From an uncultured delta proteobacterium (lineage in GTDB: Bacteria; Desulfobacterota; RBG-13-43-22), in the NCBI GenBank assembly GCA_963743305.1, contig CAVUPH010000042.1:74664-138663 (forward strand): a stretch of 64,000 nucleotides of DNA. Reading direction: 5' to 3'. A model generated the notes under the pieces. The model was not told where the DNA came from. It did not search any database and saw only the letters and a program-made list of their open reading frames with translations. Of the stretch, positions 9,299-18,954 are shown in pieces. The translations under genes were made by a program, and so were the position numbers. Position 1 is the first letter of the stretch. Each line of letters begins with the position of its first letter.

Positions 9299-12200
9299 AT
9301 GAAGAGCAAAAAAACAATCCCAACCGTGAAGCAGCCTCCCCTCGGCCCGGATTTGCGTCAGCGGGCCGAGGTCCTGATAGAGCAAAAGGGTGGGCTGTCG
9401 GCCGGCGAAGATTCCCCCGATTACCGCTTGACGCTTCAAGAGCTGCAGATTCACCAGGTTGAATTGGAACTGCAGAACCAGGAGCTCCATCAGGCCCATC
9501 TGGAAGCCGAACTGGCCCGCCGGAAATACTTCGAACTCTATGATCTGGCGCCGATCGGGTATGCCTCCTTTAATGAAAAAGGGGCAATCCTGGAGATCAA
9601 CCTGGCCGGGGCCCAACTCCTGGATCAGGAGCGGAGGTTCCTGATCGACCGGCGATTTCAATTATTTCTAGCTCCGGAAGCGGTCCCGGCCTTTAACCGG
9701 TTCATTCAGGAGGTATTTTCATCCGGCCGGCGACAAATCTGTGAAGTGGCCCTGGTCAAAAACGGGGGCCATCCGACCATGGTGCGCCTGGAAGGGGTCA
9801 GAATGGAGTCCGGGGAAGTGAATAAGCCTTTCTGCCAGGCCGCCTTTTTGGATATCACCGAGCAGAAAAAGGCGGAAAGGGCCTTGGTGGATACCGTTGA
9901 GCGCTACCAGTCCTTGGTCCAGGCCCTTCCCGGTGTCATTTTTGAGACCGACGCCCTGGGGAATAACACCTTTATCAGCGACCGCTGGACTCAATGGACC
10001 GGTATGACCCGGGAGGAAACGGTCGGCCAAGGATGGCGAAAGGCCATTCCTGCCGAGGATGCAGAGGCGGAAGCAAATCGCTGGAGAGAATCGGTGCGCA
10101 CCGGTCAGCCCCTGAGCTACCAGGCCCGTATTTGCAACACGGACGGCCTATCCCGGTGGGTTTTGCTGCGGGCCATGCCGTCCCGAGACAGCGAAGGAAA
10201 TATCACCCGTTGGACGGGGACCTTGACCGATATCAACGACCTGATCGAGACCCAGGAGGCCCTGCAGGCCAAAGAGGCCGAACTTTCGCTGATCATGGAT
10301 GCGGTCCCGGCCCTGATTGCCCATGTCGATGCCGATGGCCGCTATCTCCGGGTCAATCGAAACTACGCCCATTGGTTTGGTTCCACGGTCGAAGAAATTC
10401 AGGGAAAGCGGATGAGCGATGTTCTCGGGGAGGACCAATGGAAACAAATCGAACCCTGGGTGCAAAAAGTCCTGTCCGGGGAAACGATCACCTACGAGCG
10501 CCAACTGCCGTTTCAGGGAGGTGCTCGCCGCTGGATCCGAGCCAGTTACACTCCCGACGTTAACGAAAGAGGCCGGATCAAGGGCTTTGTGGTCCACGTC
10601 ATCGATATCGAGGATATCAAAAGGGGCGAGGAGGCATTGGGAATATCCGAAGAAAATTATCGCCGCATCCTGGAGACGGCCAATGAAGGCATTGTCATCG
10701 GATCGTTGAGCGGAAGAATGGACTTCATTAACCAGAAATGGGCGGACATGCTGGGTTATTCGAAAGAGGAACTGATCGGCCAAATCGGTCTGGATTTCAT
10801 GGACGAAGACCAGAAAACTATGGCCTTGGATACGAGAGAAAAATTGTTAAACGGGGAACGGGTCACCCTGGAATACAAATTTCGGCGGAAGGATGGCTCC
10901 GAGTTATGGACGCTTTGCAGTGCATCCCTTTTTAAAGACGCAGGAGGGGAACAATTCAGGGTACCTGGGCATGCATGTCGACATTACCGATCGAAAAAAA
11001 GCCGAGCAAACGCTTCGCGAAAGCCTGGAGCGACCTGAACCGGGCCCAGGCCGTAGCCCACACGGGGAGCTGGCGGCTGGACATTCAACACAATGAACTG
11101 CATTGGACCGAAGAAACTCACCGCATCTTTGGAATTCCCTCGGGGACAGGGCTGACCTATGAGGGTTTTTTGGGGACCATTCATCCGGATGATCGGTCCT
11201 ATGTGGAGCGGAAGTGGATGGCGGCCCTCGACGGGAAACCCTACGATATCGAACACCGGATTGTGGCCGACGGAAATATAAAATGGGTGCGCGAGCGGGC
11301 TGAACTGGAATTTGACGCGGAAGGAGGCCTTCGGGGAGGCTTCGGGACCGTCCAGGACATAACGGAGCGAAAAGAAACCGAGGAGAAGCTAAGGAAAAGT
11401 GAAACCCGTTTTCAGTTGCTCGCAGTAACGGCCGGGGCGCTCCTGGCTTCGCCATCACCTCAGCAGGAGGTGGAGGAACTCTGCACCCGGGTGATGGAAT
11501 ATCTGGATTGTCAGGTTTTCTTCAATTTTTTGGTCGACGAACCTCGGGGGCGTCTCTCACCTGAATGCCTACGCCGGAATTCCTGAGGAAGAAGCTCGGA
11601 AGATCGAATGGCTCGATTACGGGGTGGCTGTTTGCGGCTGTGTGGCCCGGGACCGAGCAGCGGCTCATAGCCGAAAACATCTTCCAGCAGCCCGATATTC
11701 GAACGGACCTGGTCCGGAGCTTTGGCGTTCAGGCCTACGCCTGCCACCCGATTATGGCCGGGGATCGTCTGCTGGGCACCCTGTCTTTCGGGACCAAGAC
11801 CCGATCCTCTTTCTCACCCCGGGATCTGGAGCTGATGAAAACCGTAACCGATCAGGTTGCGACGGCCATGGAAAAAGTTCGACTGCTGGAGGAGATCCAG
11901 GCCGGCCGGGACGAAATGGAGCTGCGGGTCCAGGAAAGGACGGCTGAGTTGTTGGAAGCCAATCAACGCCTGGCGGAGCAATCCCGCATGCTGGAATCGT
12001 TTTTTAAGGACACCATTACCCCCCTGATTTTTTTGGACCGGGATTTCAACTACATCCGGGTCAATGAGGCCTACGCCCGGACCTGCCAGCGGGCGGTAAC
12101 CGATTTCCCCGGACACAACCATTTCGAGTTCTACCCCCACGAGGAAAATGAAGCTATTTTCCGAAAGGTGGTGGAAACGGGGATCCCTTATCAGGCCCTG

Positions 12201-13061
12201 GCCAAACCCTTTTCATTCCCGGATCATCCGGAGTGGGGAGTAACCTACTGGGATTGGATCCTAACCCCCTTGCCGGACGATCGGGGTGAAACGGCCTTCC
12301 TGGTTTTCTCCTTGGAGGAAGTCACCGATCGCCAGGTGGCCGAGGAGGCGTTGCGTCTGTCTGAACGGGAGCTTCGAACCCTGGCCGGTCAGCTTTTATC
12401 TGTGCAAGAAAATGAACGCAAGAAGATTGCCCGGGATATGCATGACGGTTTAGGGGCTTCCCTGAGCGCCATCAAATACAAAATGGAGGATCTGATTCAT
12501 AAGTTACCTGATCAGGATCTGCGGCAAATTGGAGAAACCATGAACTCTCTGATTCCAATCATTCAGGGGATCATCGGGGAATCCAGGAGGATGCAGAATG
12601 ATTTACGGCCTCCTCTTCTGGATGATCTGGGGATTCTCCCCACCCTAACCTGGTATTCTCGGGAATTTCAAAAGATATATACCGATATAGCGATAGAACA
12701 GCGGTTGGAAGTCCGGGAGGAGGACGTGCCGAATACGCTGAGGGTCGTTATTTTTCGGATAACCCAGGAGGCCCTGAATAATATCGGGAAGCACTCCCAA
12801 GCCACTCATATCCGGATTTCCCTGACCCGGGAGCGGAACCAACTGAGGCTGGCAGTAGAAGACGACGGGATCGGATTTGATTTTCAGCGAAGCACTATAT
12901 TGGACTCCCATCCAATGGGGATGGGTCTTTCCAGTATGAAGGAGCGGGCGGAACTATCCGGAGGATCTTTTTCCGTTAAATCGCACCCGGGACAAGGTGC
13001 GGTGATCGAAGTCTCCTGGCCGTTGATCAGTGGGCAGGGGACGGCGGAAAAGGCTGAATAA
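9299..13061 (+). pseudogene. multi-PAS / GAF / HisKA_3 sensor histidine kinase split over four reading frames by four frameshifts
   Basis: Three track ORFs (9299..11038, 10975..11586, 11565..13061) plus short frames join into one protein. It has five PAS modules (linkers DITEQKKAERAL, DIEDIKRGEEAL, DITDRKKAEQTL, DITERKETEEKL), a GAF domain, one more PAS, a HisKA_3 H-box (ENERKKIARDMHDGLGASLS) and HATPase_c. Frame changes lie near 10935, 11020, 11556 and 11653. Confidence 0.8.
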
Positions 13062-13065
13062 TACG

Positions 13066-13115
13066 TTTTTGGTTGTATTTTTCAACCTTTTGGTTAGAAT
13101 CTCCACCAATTGGTT
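13066..13115. promoter_or_regulatory. three phased TTGGTT motifs plus the palindrome ACCAATTGGT upstream of the response-regulator gene
   Basis: TTGGTT occurs at 13069-13074, 13090-13095 and 13110-13115, spaced 21 and 20 bp apart. AACCTTTTGGTT is at 13084-13095. A perfect 10-bp palindrome lies at 13105-13114. Confidence 0.3.
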
Positions 13116-13192
13116 TTTGATAATTTTAACCGGTGTAATCCGTGACCCCGAAATTTTTAGCCCGAGGTATTCCATACTGCCTGGAGGGGAAT

Positions 13193-13855
13193 ATGTCCAC
13201 CGATGATAAAAAGGGTATTCTTATCGTTGAAGACCACACCATCCTTCGTGAAGGGTTGCGACTCCTACTTTCCTCCCATCCGGACCTGAATATTCTCGGT
13301 GAGGCCAGGGACGGCCGCGAAGCGATTTGGCTTGCGGAGAAGTTTTCCCCGGCCCTGATTCTTATGGACTTGTCCATGCCGCGCATGGGCGGGGTAGAGG
13401 CCACCCGGGAAATTAAGAAGCGGTGGCCGGAGATAAAGATCATCGCCCTGACGGTCAATGATTCAGAGGAAGCGGTGCTGGCCGCTCTCAAGAATGGGGC
13501 CGACGGGTATATCTTGAAGGATGCCACCCGGGCCGAATTGATCCAGGCCATCGATAGCGTCCTGGCCGGGAAACGGGTGCTCAGTCCAACTATATCGGAT
13601 AAGGTGATTGAGGGATATCTGGCGGGGAAAAAAGAACAGCCTCTTCAGACCCGTTGGGAAATCTTGACCAACCGGGAAAAGGAGATCTTGAAATTGATCG
13701 GCGAGGGGCATACCAGCAAGCAAATGGCCGATGACCTCTGCATCAGCCTCAACACGGTGGAGAAGCATCGGTCGAACCTGATGGAAAAACTGGATTTGCA
13801 CTCCATTGCCGCTTTGACCTCCTATGCCCAGGAAAAAGGGCTGCTCGTCAAATAA
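13193..13855 (+). CDS. NarL/LuxR-family two-component response regulator
   Basis: REC domain (ILIVEDHTILREGL, ALILMDLSMPRMGG) plus a LuxR-type HTH (LTNREKEILKLIGEGHTSKQMADDLCISLNTVEKHRSNLMEKL). GGAGGGG SD lies before the ATG at 13193. Confidence 0.92.
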   Translation: MSTDDKKGILIVEDHTILREGLRLLLSSHPDLNILGEARDGREAIWLAEKFSPALILMDLSMPRMGGVEATREIKKRWPEIKIIALTVNDSEEAVLAALKNGADGYILKDATRAELIQAIDSVLAGKRVLSPTISDKVIEGYLAGKKEQPLQTRWEILTNREKEILKLIGEGHTSKQMADDLCISLNTVEKHRSNLMEKLDLHSIAALTSYAQEKGLLVK

Positions 13856-13860
13856 GACAA

Positions 13861-14009
13861 CCTCGCAAAAAGTCCAAAAACCTGTCATTGCGACCCCGGA
13901 CTGATCCGGGGAAGCAATCCCCGCCATGGCAACTAACTGATTCTTGGGGATTGCTTCGTCGCTTCCCTCCTCGCAATGACAGCACTGGCGACTTTTTGCG
14001 AAACCATCA
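13861..14009 (+). repeat. family-A nested-palindrome intergenic element, copy 1 (~150 bp)
   Basis: Three nested inverted repeats: TCGCAAAAAGTCC/GGACTTTTTGCGA-like outer arms, CTGTCATTGCGA/TCGCAATGACAG, and GGGGAAGCAATCCCC/GGGGATTGCTTCG. Near-identical to 15799-15948. Confidence 0.9.
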
Positions 14010-14377
14010 AATAAGATCGAATTCCAAAAACCGTCATCGGTCGCAGGGATGTTCGTCCTGTCTATCTACCTTATAGTACAATATTTTATCGTTACTTCCC
14101 TGCCGGGAATGACCGCCGGGGAGACTTTCCATCGAATCCTGCCCGCTAACCGCCTTGGATTTTTTTTTCTACCCGACCGACCGGTCTCAAAGGCCCAGCC
14201 GGGCCTCTTTCCAAAAATACTGTTTAATTCAAAGAAAAATTACGGTTTGCCGTAATGGTTTAAAAAAAATCGGTGCTTAGAATTATAGTTATAATAACGC
14301 CCGGGAGAATTTGGAAGGATGTTTTCTGAAGGACCCTGCCGAGCGAACAAAATGTCCCTAAAAAAGGAGGAACTGTT

Positions 14378-14827
14378 ATGAACATGCCCTTGATTAAAAG
14401 AGAGAGAAGGCCATGGTGGGTTTCGCCATGGGGAGACGAAGCCCTGGGAGACGTTTGGTCGGACCGCCTCTTTCCGATATGGCCCAGGATGAAGGGAGAA
14501 GAATGGGTCCCCACCTTTAACTTCTTTGAAAAAGATGGGAACTATCAATTAGAGGCCGAAATTCCGGGAGTCAAGAAAGAAGATATCTCCGTGACGATCG
14601 ACAGAAACGTCCTGACCGTCAGCGGGAAAAAGGAATCCACGACCGAGGAGAAAGAGGCCAATTATTATTTGAAGGAATCATCCTACGGTTCTTTTTCCAG
14701 GAGCATCCGATTGCCCGGTGAAGTCGAAGAAGGGAAAGTGCAGGCCAATTTTCAAAACGGGGTCTTAAAAATGACCCTGCCCCAGAAAAAGGCGATCGAA
14801 TCGAAACAAATCAAAATCGAGGGTTAG
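14378..14827 (+). CDS. Hsp20/alpha-crystallin family small heat-shock protein
   Basis: Alpha-crystallin domain: NYQLEAEIPGVKKEDISVTIDRNVLTVSGKKE ... GSFSRSIRLPGEVEEGKVQANFQNGVLKMTLPQKK. AAGGAGG SD lies upstream. Confidence 0.92.
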   Translation: MNMPLIKRERRPWWVSPWGDEALGDVWSDRLFPIWPRMKGEEWVPTFNFFEKDGNYQLEAEIPGVKKEDISVTIDRNVLTVSGKKESTTEEKEANYYLKESSYGSFSRSIRLPGEVEEGKVQANFQNGVLKMTLPQKKAIESKQIKIEG

Positions 14828-14830
14828 CTT

Positions 14831-15019
14831 TTGGGAAACCTGCAGATCGTCTCTCAACGCAGCGAGTCCTTTCTCAGTAGGGTGGAGGCCGGACGTCTGC
14901 TGGCGCGGGAACTCGATTCCCTGCGGGGCCGGAACGCCGTCGTTCTGGGTATCCCCCGCGGGGGGATTATTGCCGCGGGGGAACTGGCGATAGCGCTGGA
15001 CGGCGATCTGGAGGAATAG
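14831..15019 (+). pseudogene. N-terminal remnant (62 codons) of a phosphoribosyltransferase-family gene
   Basis: VEAGRLLARELDSLRGRNAVVLGIPRGGIIAAGELAIAL matches the N-terminus of ~220-aa putative PRTases from memory. The frame then stops, and the convergent ferredoxin gene begins 8 bp later. Confidence 0.55.
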
Positions 15020-15026
15020 CCGAACC

Positions 15027-15224
15027 TCAAAGCTCCTCCTCCCAATGGATACAAGAGACGGGGCAGGCCACCATGGCCTCTTCGACACAGCCTTTCGCCC
15101 CGCCGCCCTCGGGGGAAATGACCTCCGCCTTCCTTTTCATTTCGTCCATCCGGAAGATCTCCGGGCATAATTCGGCGCAGGTCTCACAGCCGATGCACAC
15201 GGCTTCGTCGATAAAGACCTTCAC
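15027..15224 (-). CDS. small ferredoxin (65 aa)
   Basis: CIGCETCAELCP plus a distal CP motif (ACPVSCIHWE). GAGGTG SD lies 4 nt upstream. Confidence 0.88.
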   Translation of the reverse strand: MKVFIDEAVCIGCETCAELCPEIFRMDEMKRKAEVISPEGGGAKGCVEEAMVACPVSCIHWEEEL

Positions 15225-15399
15225 GGGTCACCTCGCCCGGAAGGACATTGTTGCCCGGCCCAGGGGTCTTCCCGGCGGCTGGGCCCGACCTGACCTTTTC
15301 AGGCCATCCCTGGTGATCACTCCAAAGGGTAAGATCGGACTTGCCCCCAGGGAACCGTTGACATTCCCGGCAGACCAGGAGGCGCTGCTCGCAGCCATT

Positions 15400-15744
15400 T
15401 TATTTTGAGGCGGCGGGGGAATATACTTGCAGGCCCTTGGCATCCTTGATGGCCTTAAAACGGACATAATGCTCATGAATTCGATGCCTGAGGCTTTTCA
15501 GCCGCTTCGAATAAGCCTCGGATGAACCCCGGGGCTCACTGATGGAAAATACAAAATTCGACAGGTCGTCCATGACATGTTCAATCGCGACCGCCCATTC
15601 ACCGGTGACTTGAGAAGACATCTGCTCGGCCTCGGTCAGTTTTTCATCGAGCATCCGGATGGAATTTTCGAGACCGTCCATAAAATTTCCCCAGGCATCA
15701 TTGACGCAACAAACCAGATCGTTACATTCCATCATTTGAGTCAT
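15400..15744 (-). CDS. hypothetical protein (114 aa)
   Basis: AGGAGGAA SD lies upstream of the ATG. Composition is acidic and helix-like. No family recognised. Confidence 0.5.
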   Translation of the reverse strand: MTQMMECNDLVCCVNDAWGNFMDGLENSIRMLDEKLTEAEQMSSQVTGEWAVAIEHVMDDLSNFVFSISEPRGSSEAYSKRLKSLRHRIHEHYVRFKAIKDAKGLQVYSPAASK

Positions 15745-15798
15745 GAGCTTCCTCCTTGCTCTTTAGGTTAAAATAAATAAAAGGATTATTCTTGACGA

Positions 15799-15948
15799 CC
15801 TCGCAAAAAGTCCAAAAACCTGTCATTGAGACCCCGGACTTGATCCGGGGAAGCAATCCCCACCATGGTAACTAGCTGATTCTTGGGGATTGCTTCGTCG
15901 CTTCACTCCTCGCAATGACAGCGCTGGGGACTTTTTGCGAAACCATCA
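15799..15948 (+). repeat. family-A nested-palindrome intergenic element, copy 2
   Basis: Same orientation and about the same length as 13861-14009, with only scattered substitutions. Confidence 0.9.
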
Positions 15949-15991
15949 TTCTTTAGCTTTAAGCAATGGATAACGAATTCGAAGCGGTATT

Positions 15992-16183
15992 TCAAATTTC
16001 CTTCAACAGCAGCAACAGATTGTCCTTTAAGAGATACCTTTCCGGCACGGCGCTGAAATTGCTTTGGTATTCGCTTCGTCTCGGGCCGGGATTCGGCGCC
16101 ATTTCCGTTATTCCTTCTCCTTCCAAAAAATTCAAGGTCTGGTCATACAACTTTTCTACGTCGCGAACGGCATCCGGTCTCAT
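15992..16183 (-). CDS. hypothetical protein (63 aa)
   Basis: AGGAGGAG SD lies ~6 nt upstream of the ATG. No family recognised. Confidence 0.4.
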   Translation of the reverse strand: MRPDAVRDVEKLYDQTLNFLEGEGITEMAPNPGPRRSEYQSNFSAVPERYLLKDNLLLLLKEI

Positions 16184-16214
16184 GGATACTCCTCCTCTCT
16201 ATATTCTTTGTGGA

Positions 16215-16430
16215 TCAATCCGGGATTTTTTTGTAGCCGGTCCAGCGTTGAAAGCGGCCGATCTCCTTCCCCAATTCCTCGGTCAGGGGAGACCCGTGCG
16301 ACCGGGCCAGGGTCTTATACAGTTCGATGGCCGGTCCGGCCAGCAGATCCTGGGCCCGGAGAATAAAGACGGGTTCCCGCTCCCCGATTTTAGGGATATC
16401 AATTGGGCCGTACTTGCCAGAGATCGCCAT
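16215..16430 (-). CDS. hypothetical protein (71 aa)
   Basis: GGAGGA SD lies 5 nt upstream. The EPVFILRAQDLLAGPAIELY segment resembles, from memory only, small phage-associated proteins of unknown function. Confidence 0.5.
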   Translation of the reverse strand: MAISGKYGPIDIPKIGEREPVFILRAQDLLAGPAIELYKTLARSHGSPLTEELGKEIGRFQRWTGYKKIPD

Positions 16431-16674
16431 GGAAATCCTCCTTGTTCAATTGTTCAACCGGCAGAGCGGGTCCGGATTTAACGGAAGGCGGCTGGTCCTT
16501 TAAGATGGCCTTTTGGTGCGGCTCCGAGAGGATCAGATCAAAAGCTTCTGTTTTAAGAAGATTGATAGCCGTCTCCAGGGGAACCGAGCTCCGGATGGTG
16601 GACCCCGGACGGTAGACCAAATAGGTTACCTCGTATTCGGGATCGATATGCAGGATTTTAATCGTACGTGACAT
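16399..16674 (-). CDS. hypothetical protein with a truncated receiver-like N-terminus (91 aa)
   Basis: AAGGAGG SD lies upstream. KILHIDPEY...AINLLKTEAFDLILSEP looks like the first half of a REC domain, with Glu at the usual Asp position. The 3' end overlaps the next ORF by 32 nt. Confidence 0.4.
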   Translation of the reverse strand: MSRTIKILHIDPEYEVTYLVYRPGSTIRSSVPLETAINLLKTEAFDLILSEPHQKAILKDQPPSVKSGPALPVEQLNKEDFHGDLWQVRPN

Positions 16675-16812
16675 GATTCGGCCTCCTTTAGCTAAAAGAA
16701 TACCGAAGCCAGGGCTTGAAGGGAATAGGGGGAAACCGTAGTTTCTTAAAAAAAAAGACAGTATTTTTATGGCCGGGAGACCATTATTCGAGGTCGGGGG
16801 TCTGAGGACCGG

Positions 16813-18255
16813 TTAGCCGGCGCTCACGTTTCGGGAAAGATCGATAATCTCGAGTCGGTTGTTGGCCTCGGGGTATTTGGAGGAGGGACCTTCGGTCAGC
16901 AAGGCCAATCGGCCTTCGATCCCCTGGGACTTAAGCCAGGAAGATACATAATGGTTCCAGTTTTCCGGGTGCTTGGCTTCCAGCAGCGGGTAGACCCCGG
17001 AAGAAAACTGCAACTGCTGACAGGTGGTTTCCTGGGAGGAAACGGCAATGATCCAGACCGGCGGGCGAAAGCGGGCGATACTTCTGGCCGTGTCTCCGCT
17101 GTGGGTGGGGACAAAGACGGCCGCCGGGTCCGCATACTGGAGAACGGCCTCTACCCCCAGTTCGATCAGTTTGGCCGGAGGCATCCGGCCCGGAAGGTCG
17201 GCGCCCCGGAAGATTTTTTTTACCTTGAGAGGCACTCGGTAGGGCTCGATAGCCGCGGTGATCTTCGCCAGCATGGCCACCGCCTCCACCGGGAAACCGC
17301 CCAGGGCCGACTCACCGGAAAGCATGACGCCGTCCGTTCCGTCCAGAACGGCGTTGGCCACGTCGGTCGCCTCGGCCCGGGTGGGGCGGGGGTTGGTGGT
17401 CATGGACTCCAGCATCTGGGTGGCCGTGATCACCGGCCTGGCCTCCAGAAGGGCCTGGCGCATGACCTCTTTCTGGACCACGGCGATCTGCTCGATGGGC
17501 AGTTCCACGCCGAGGTCTCCCCGGGCGATCATCAGACCGTCGGCCGTGGCGATGATCCCCTCCAGATGCTGGAGGGCCCTCGCCCGCTCGATCTTGGCGA
17601 TGATAAAAGGGCGGTAGCCGAGGGCCTCCGCCGACCGGCGCACCGCCTCGATATCCGCCGCCCTTTCCACGAAGGACTGGCTCACCGCATCGACCCCGTT
17701 TTCCAAAGCGAATTTCAGGCAGGCCTGATCGTGCGGCGTAAAGGCGCTGATGCCCAGATCGATGCCCGGAAGGTTGAGCCCCTTGTGGGAACGCAGCTCT
17801 CCGCCCACGATGACCCGGCAGCGGACGTCGTTGCCCTGAATCCGATCCACCTCGAGTTGAATCAAACCATCGTTCAAATACAGGGTGTTACCCGGTTTCA
17901 CCGCCTGAGGCAGGCGCGAAAAAGTGACCGAAACCCGGTGGAGGTCTCCGATCACTTCATCCGTGGTCAGGGTGAAGAAGGCCCCCGGCTCCAGGTTTAT
18001 CGGTTCCCGATCGAAAACCCCGATGCGCATCTTGGGCCCGGGAAGGTCGGCCAGGATAGCCAGACGGGTTCCGACGGTCAGGGCCGCGGCCCGGAGGTTC
18101 TCAATCACCTCCCGGTGTTCGGAAAAATCGCCGTGGGAGAAATTGATCCGGGCGATGTTCATGCCGGCCCGTAACATCTTTTCCAGCACTTCCCGGGAGC
18201 GGGAAGCCGGGCCGATGGTACAGACGATCTTGGTTTTGTTCGGGGGCAAGGCCAT
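16813..18255 (-). CDS. pyk: pyruvate kinase
   Basis: KTKIVCTIGPASRSREVLEKMLRAGMNIARINFSHGD, MIARGDLGVELP and a full-length 480-aa alignment-like pattern. AGGGAG SD lies upstream. Confidence 0.95.
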   Translation of the reverse strand: MALPPNKTKIVCTIGPASRSREVLEKMLRAGMNIARINFSHGDFSEHREVIENLRAAALTVGTRLAILADLPGPKMRIGVFDREPINLEPGAFFTLTTDEVIGDLHRVSVTFSRLPQAVKPGNTLYLNDGLIQLEVDRIQGNDVRCRVIVGGELRSHKGLNLPGIDLGISAFTPHDQACLKFALENGVDAVSQSFVERAADIEAVRRSAEALGYRPFIIAKIERARALQHLEGIIATADGLMIARGDLGVELPIEQIAVVQKEVMRQALLEARPVITATQMLESMTTNPRPTRAEATDVANAVLDGTDGVMLSGESALGGFPVEAVAMLAKITAAIEPYRVPLKVKKIFRGADLPGRMPPAKLIELGVEAVLQYADPAAVFVPTHSGDTARSIARFRPPVWIIAVSSQETTCQQLQFSSGVYPLLEAKHPENWNHYVSSWLKSQGIEGRLALLTEGPSSKYPEANNRLEIIDLSRNVSAG

Positions 18256-18267
18256 CGCGGGGCTCCC

Positions 18268-18954
18268 TTAGACGCTTTCCATCTTCGGCGGCTGATCTTT
18301 CCGGTGCCATTCCAGGGGGTTGATAAAAGTAAACCCCTGGGCCTCCAGTTTTTTCTTGAGCTGGAGCACGTTGTGGGTGAAGAGATAGGGGAAAAAGGCC
18401 CGTTTCCCTTCCTCCCAGTGCCGGGAGACCAGGACGCTTCCGAAGCGTATCTTTTCTTCGGTGATGGCATCGACAATCCGTTTCATCTGCCCCTGTTGAT
18501 CGTCCGCCAAGATGCCCAGGAGCATCCCCGGTTCGTCGATGCCCAGGACCTCGGTAAAGGCCCGCAGCAGGTCCCGGAGGGAGATAATGCCGGCGACTTT
18601 CCCATCCCGATCCACTACCGGCAAAGCCCCTACGTGAATTTTCCGCATCAGCAGCAAGGCATCCTGCAGGGTATTGGCCGGGGAGACGGTCACCGGATCG
18701 GCGGTCATGATATCCTTGATTTTCAGTTCGTCGCTGCGCTCTTTCTGGCGAAGGGTTTCCTCTACCGAAAAAAGATCCGAGGGCCAGGCGCTGCGCACAT
18801 CGCGGTCGGTGACGATTCCGATCAGGGTGCGATCGGCCGAGACCACCGGCAGGGAATGAACCCGGTAGCGACGCATCATCTCTTTGGCCTCCCCTATCCC
18901 GGCCTCCGGATCAATGGTGATCACTTTCCTGATCATGGCTTGGTCGATAAACAT
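18268..18954 (-). CDS. CBS-pair domain protein with an ACT-like C-terminus (AcuB-like)
   Basis: Two CBS motifs (VITIDPEAGIGEAKEMMRRYRVHSLPVV; VTVSPANTLQDALLLMRKIHVGALPVV). The start overlaps the upstream stop as TGATG. Confidence 0.85.
   Translation of the reverse strand: MFIDQAMIRKVITIDPEAGIGEAKEMMRRYRVHSLPVVSADRTLIGIVTDRDVRSAWPSDLFSVEETLRQKERSDELKIKDIMTADPVTVSPANTLQDALLLMRKIHVGALPVVDRDGKVAGIISLRDLLRAFTEVLGIDEPGMLLGILADDQQGQMKRIVDAITEEKIRFGSVLVSRHWEEGKRAFFPYLFTHNVLQLKKKLEAQGFTFINPLEWHRKDQPPKMESV

Noticed and set aside
14300-14377. Possible sigma54 or heat-shock promoter upstream of hsp20 (TGGAAGGATGTTTTC)
   Set aside because: The -12 element reads TTTC, not TTGC, and the GG/GC spacing match is partial. 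I found no convincing sigma32 -35/-10 pair either.
16951-18174. 407-aa plus-strand ORF
   Set aside because: It is fully antisense to pyruvate kinase. Its Gly/Arg/Pro/Asp-rich low-complexity composition is typical of a shadow frame in a GC-rich gene, and it has no SD.
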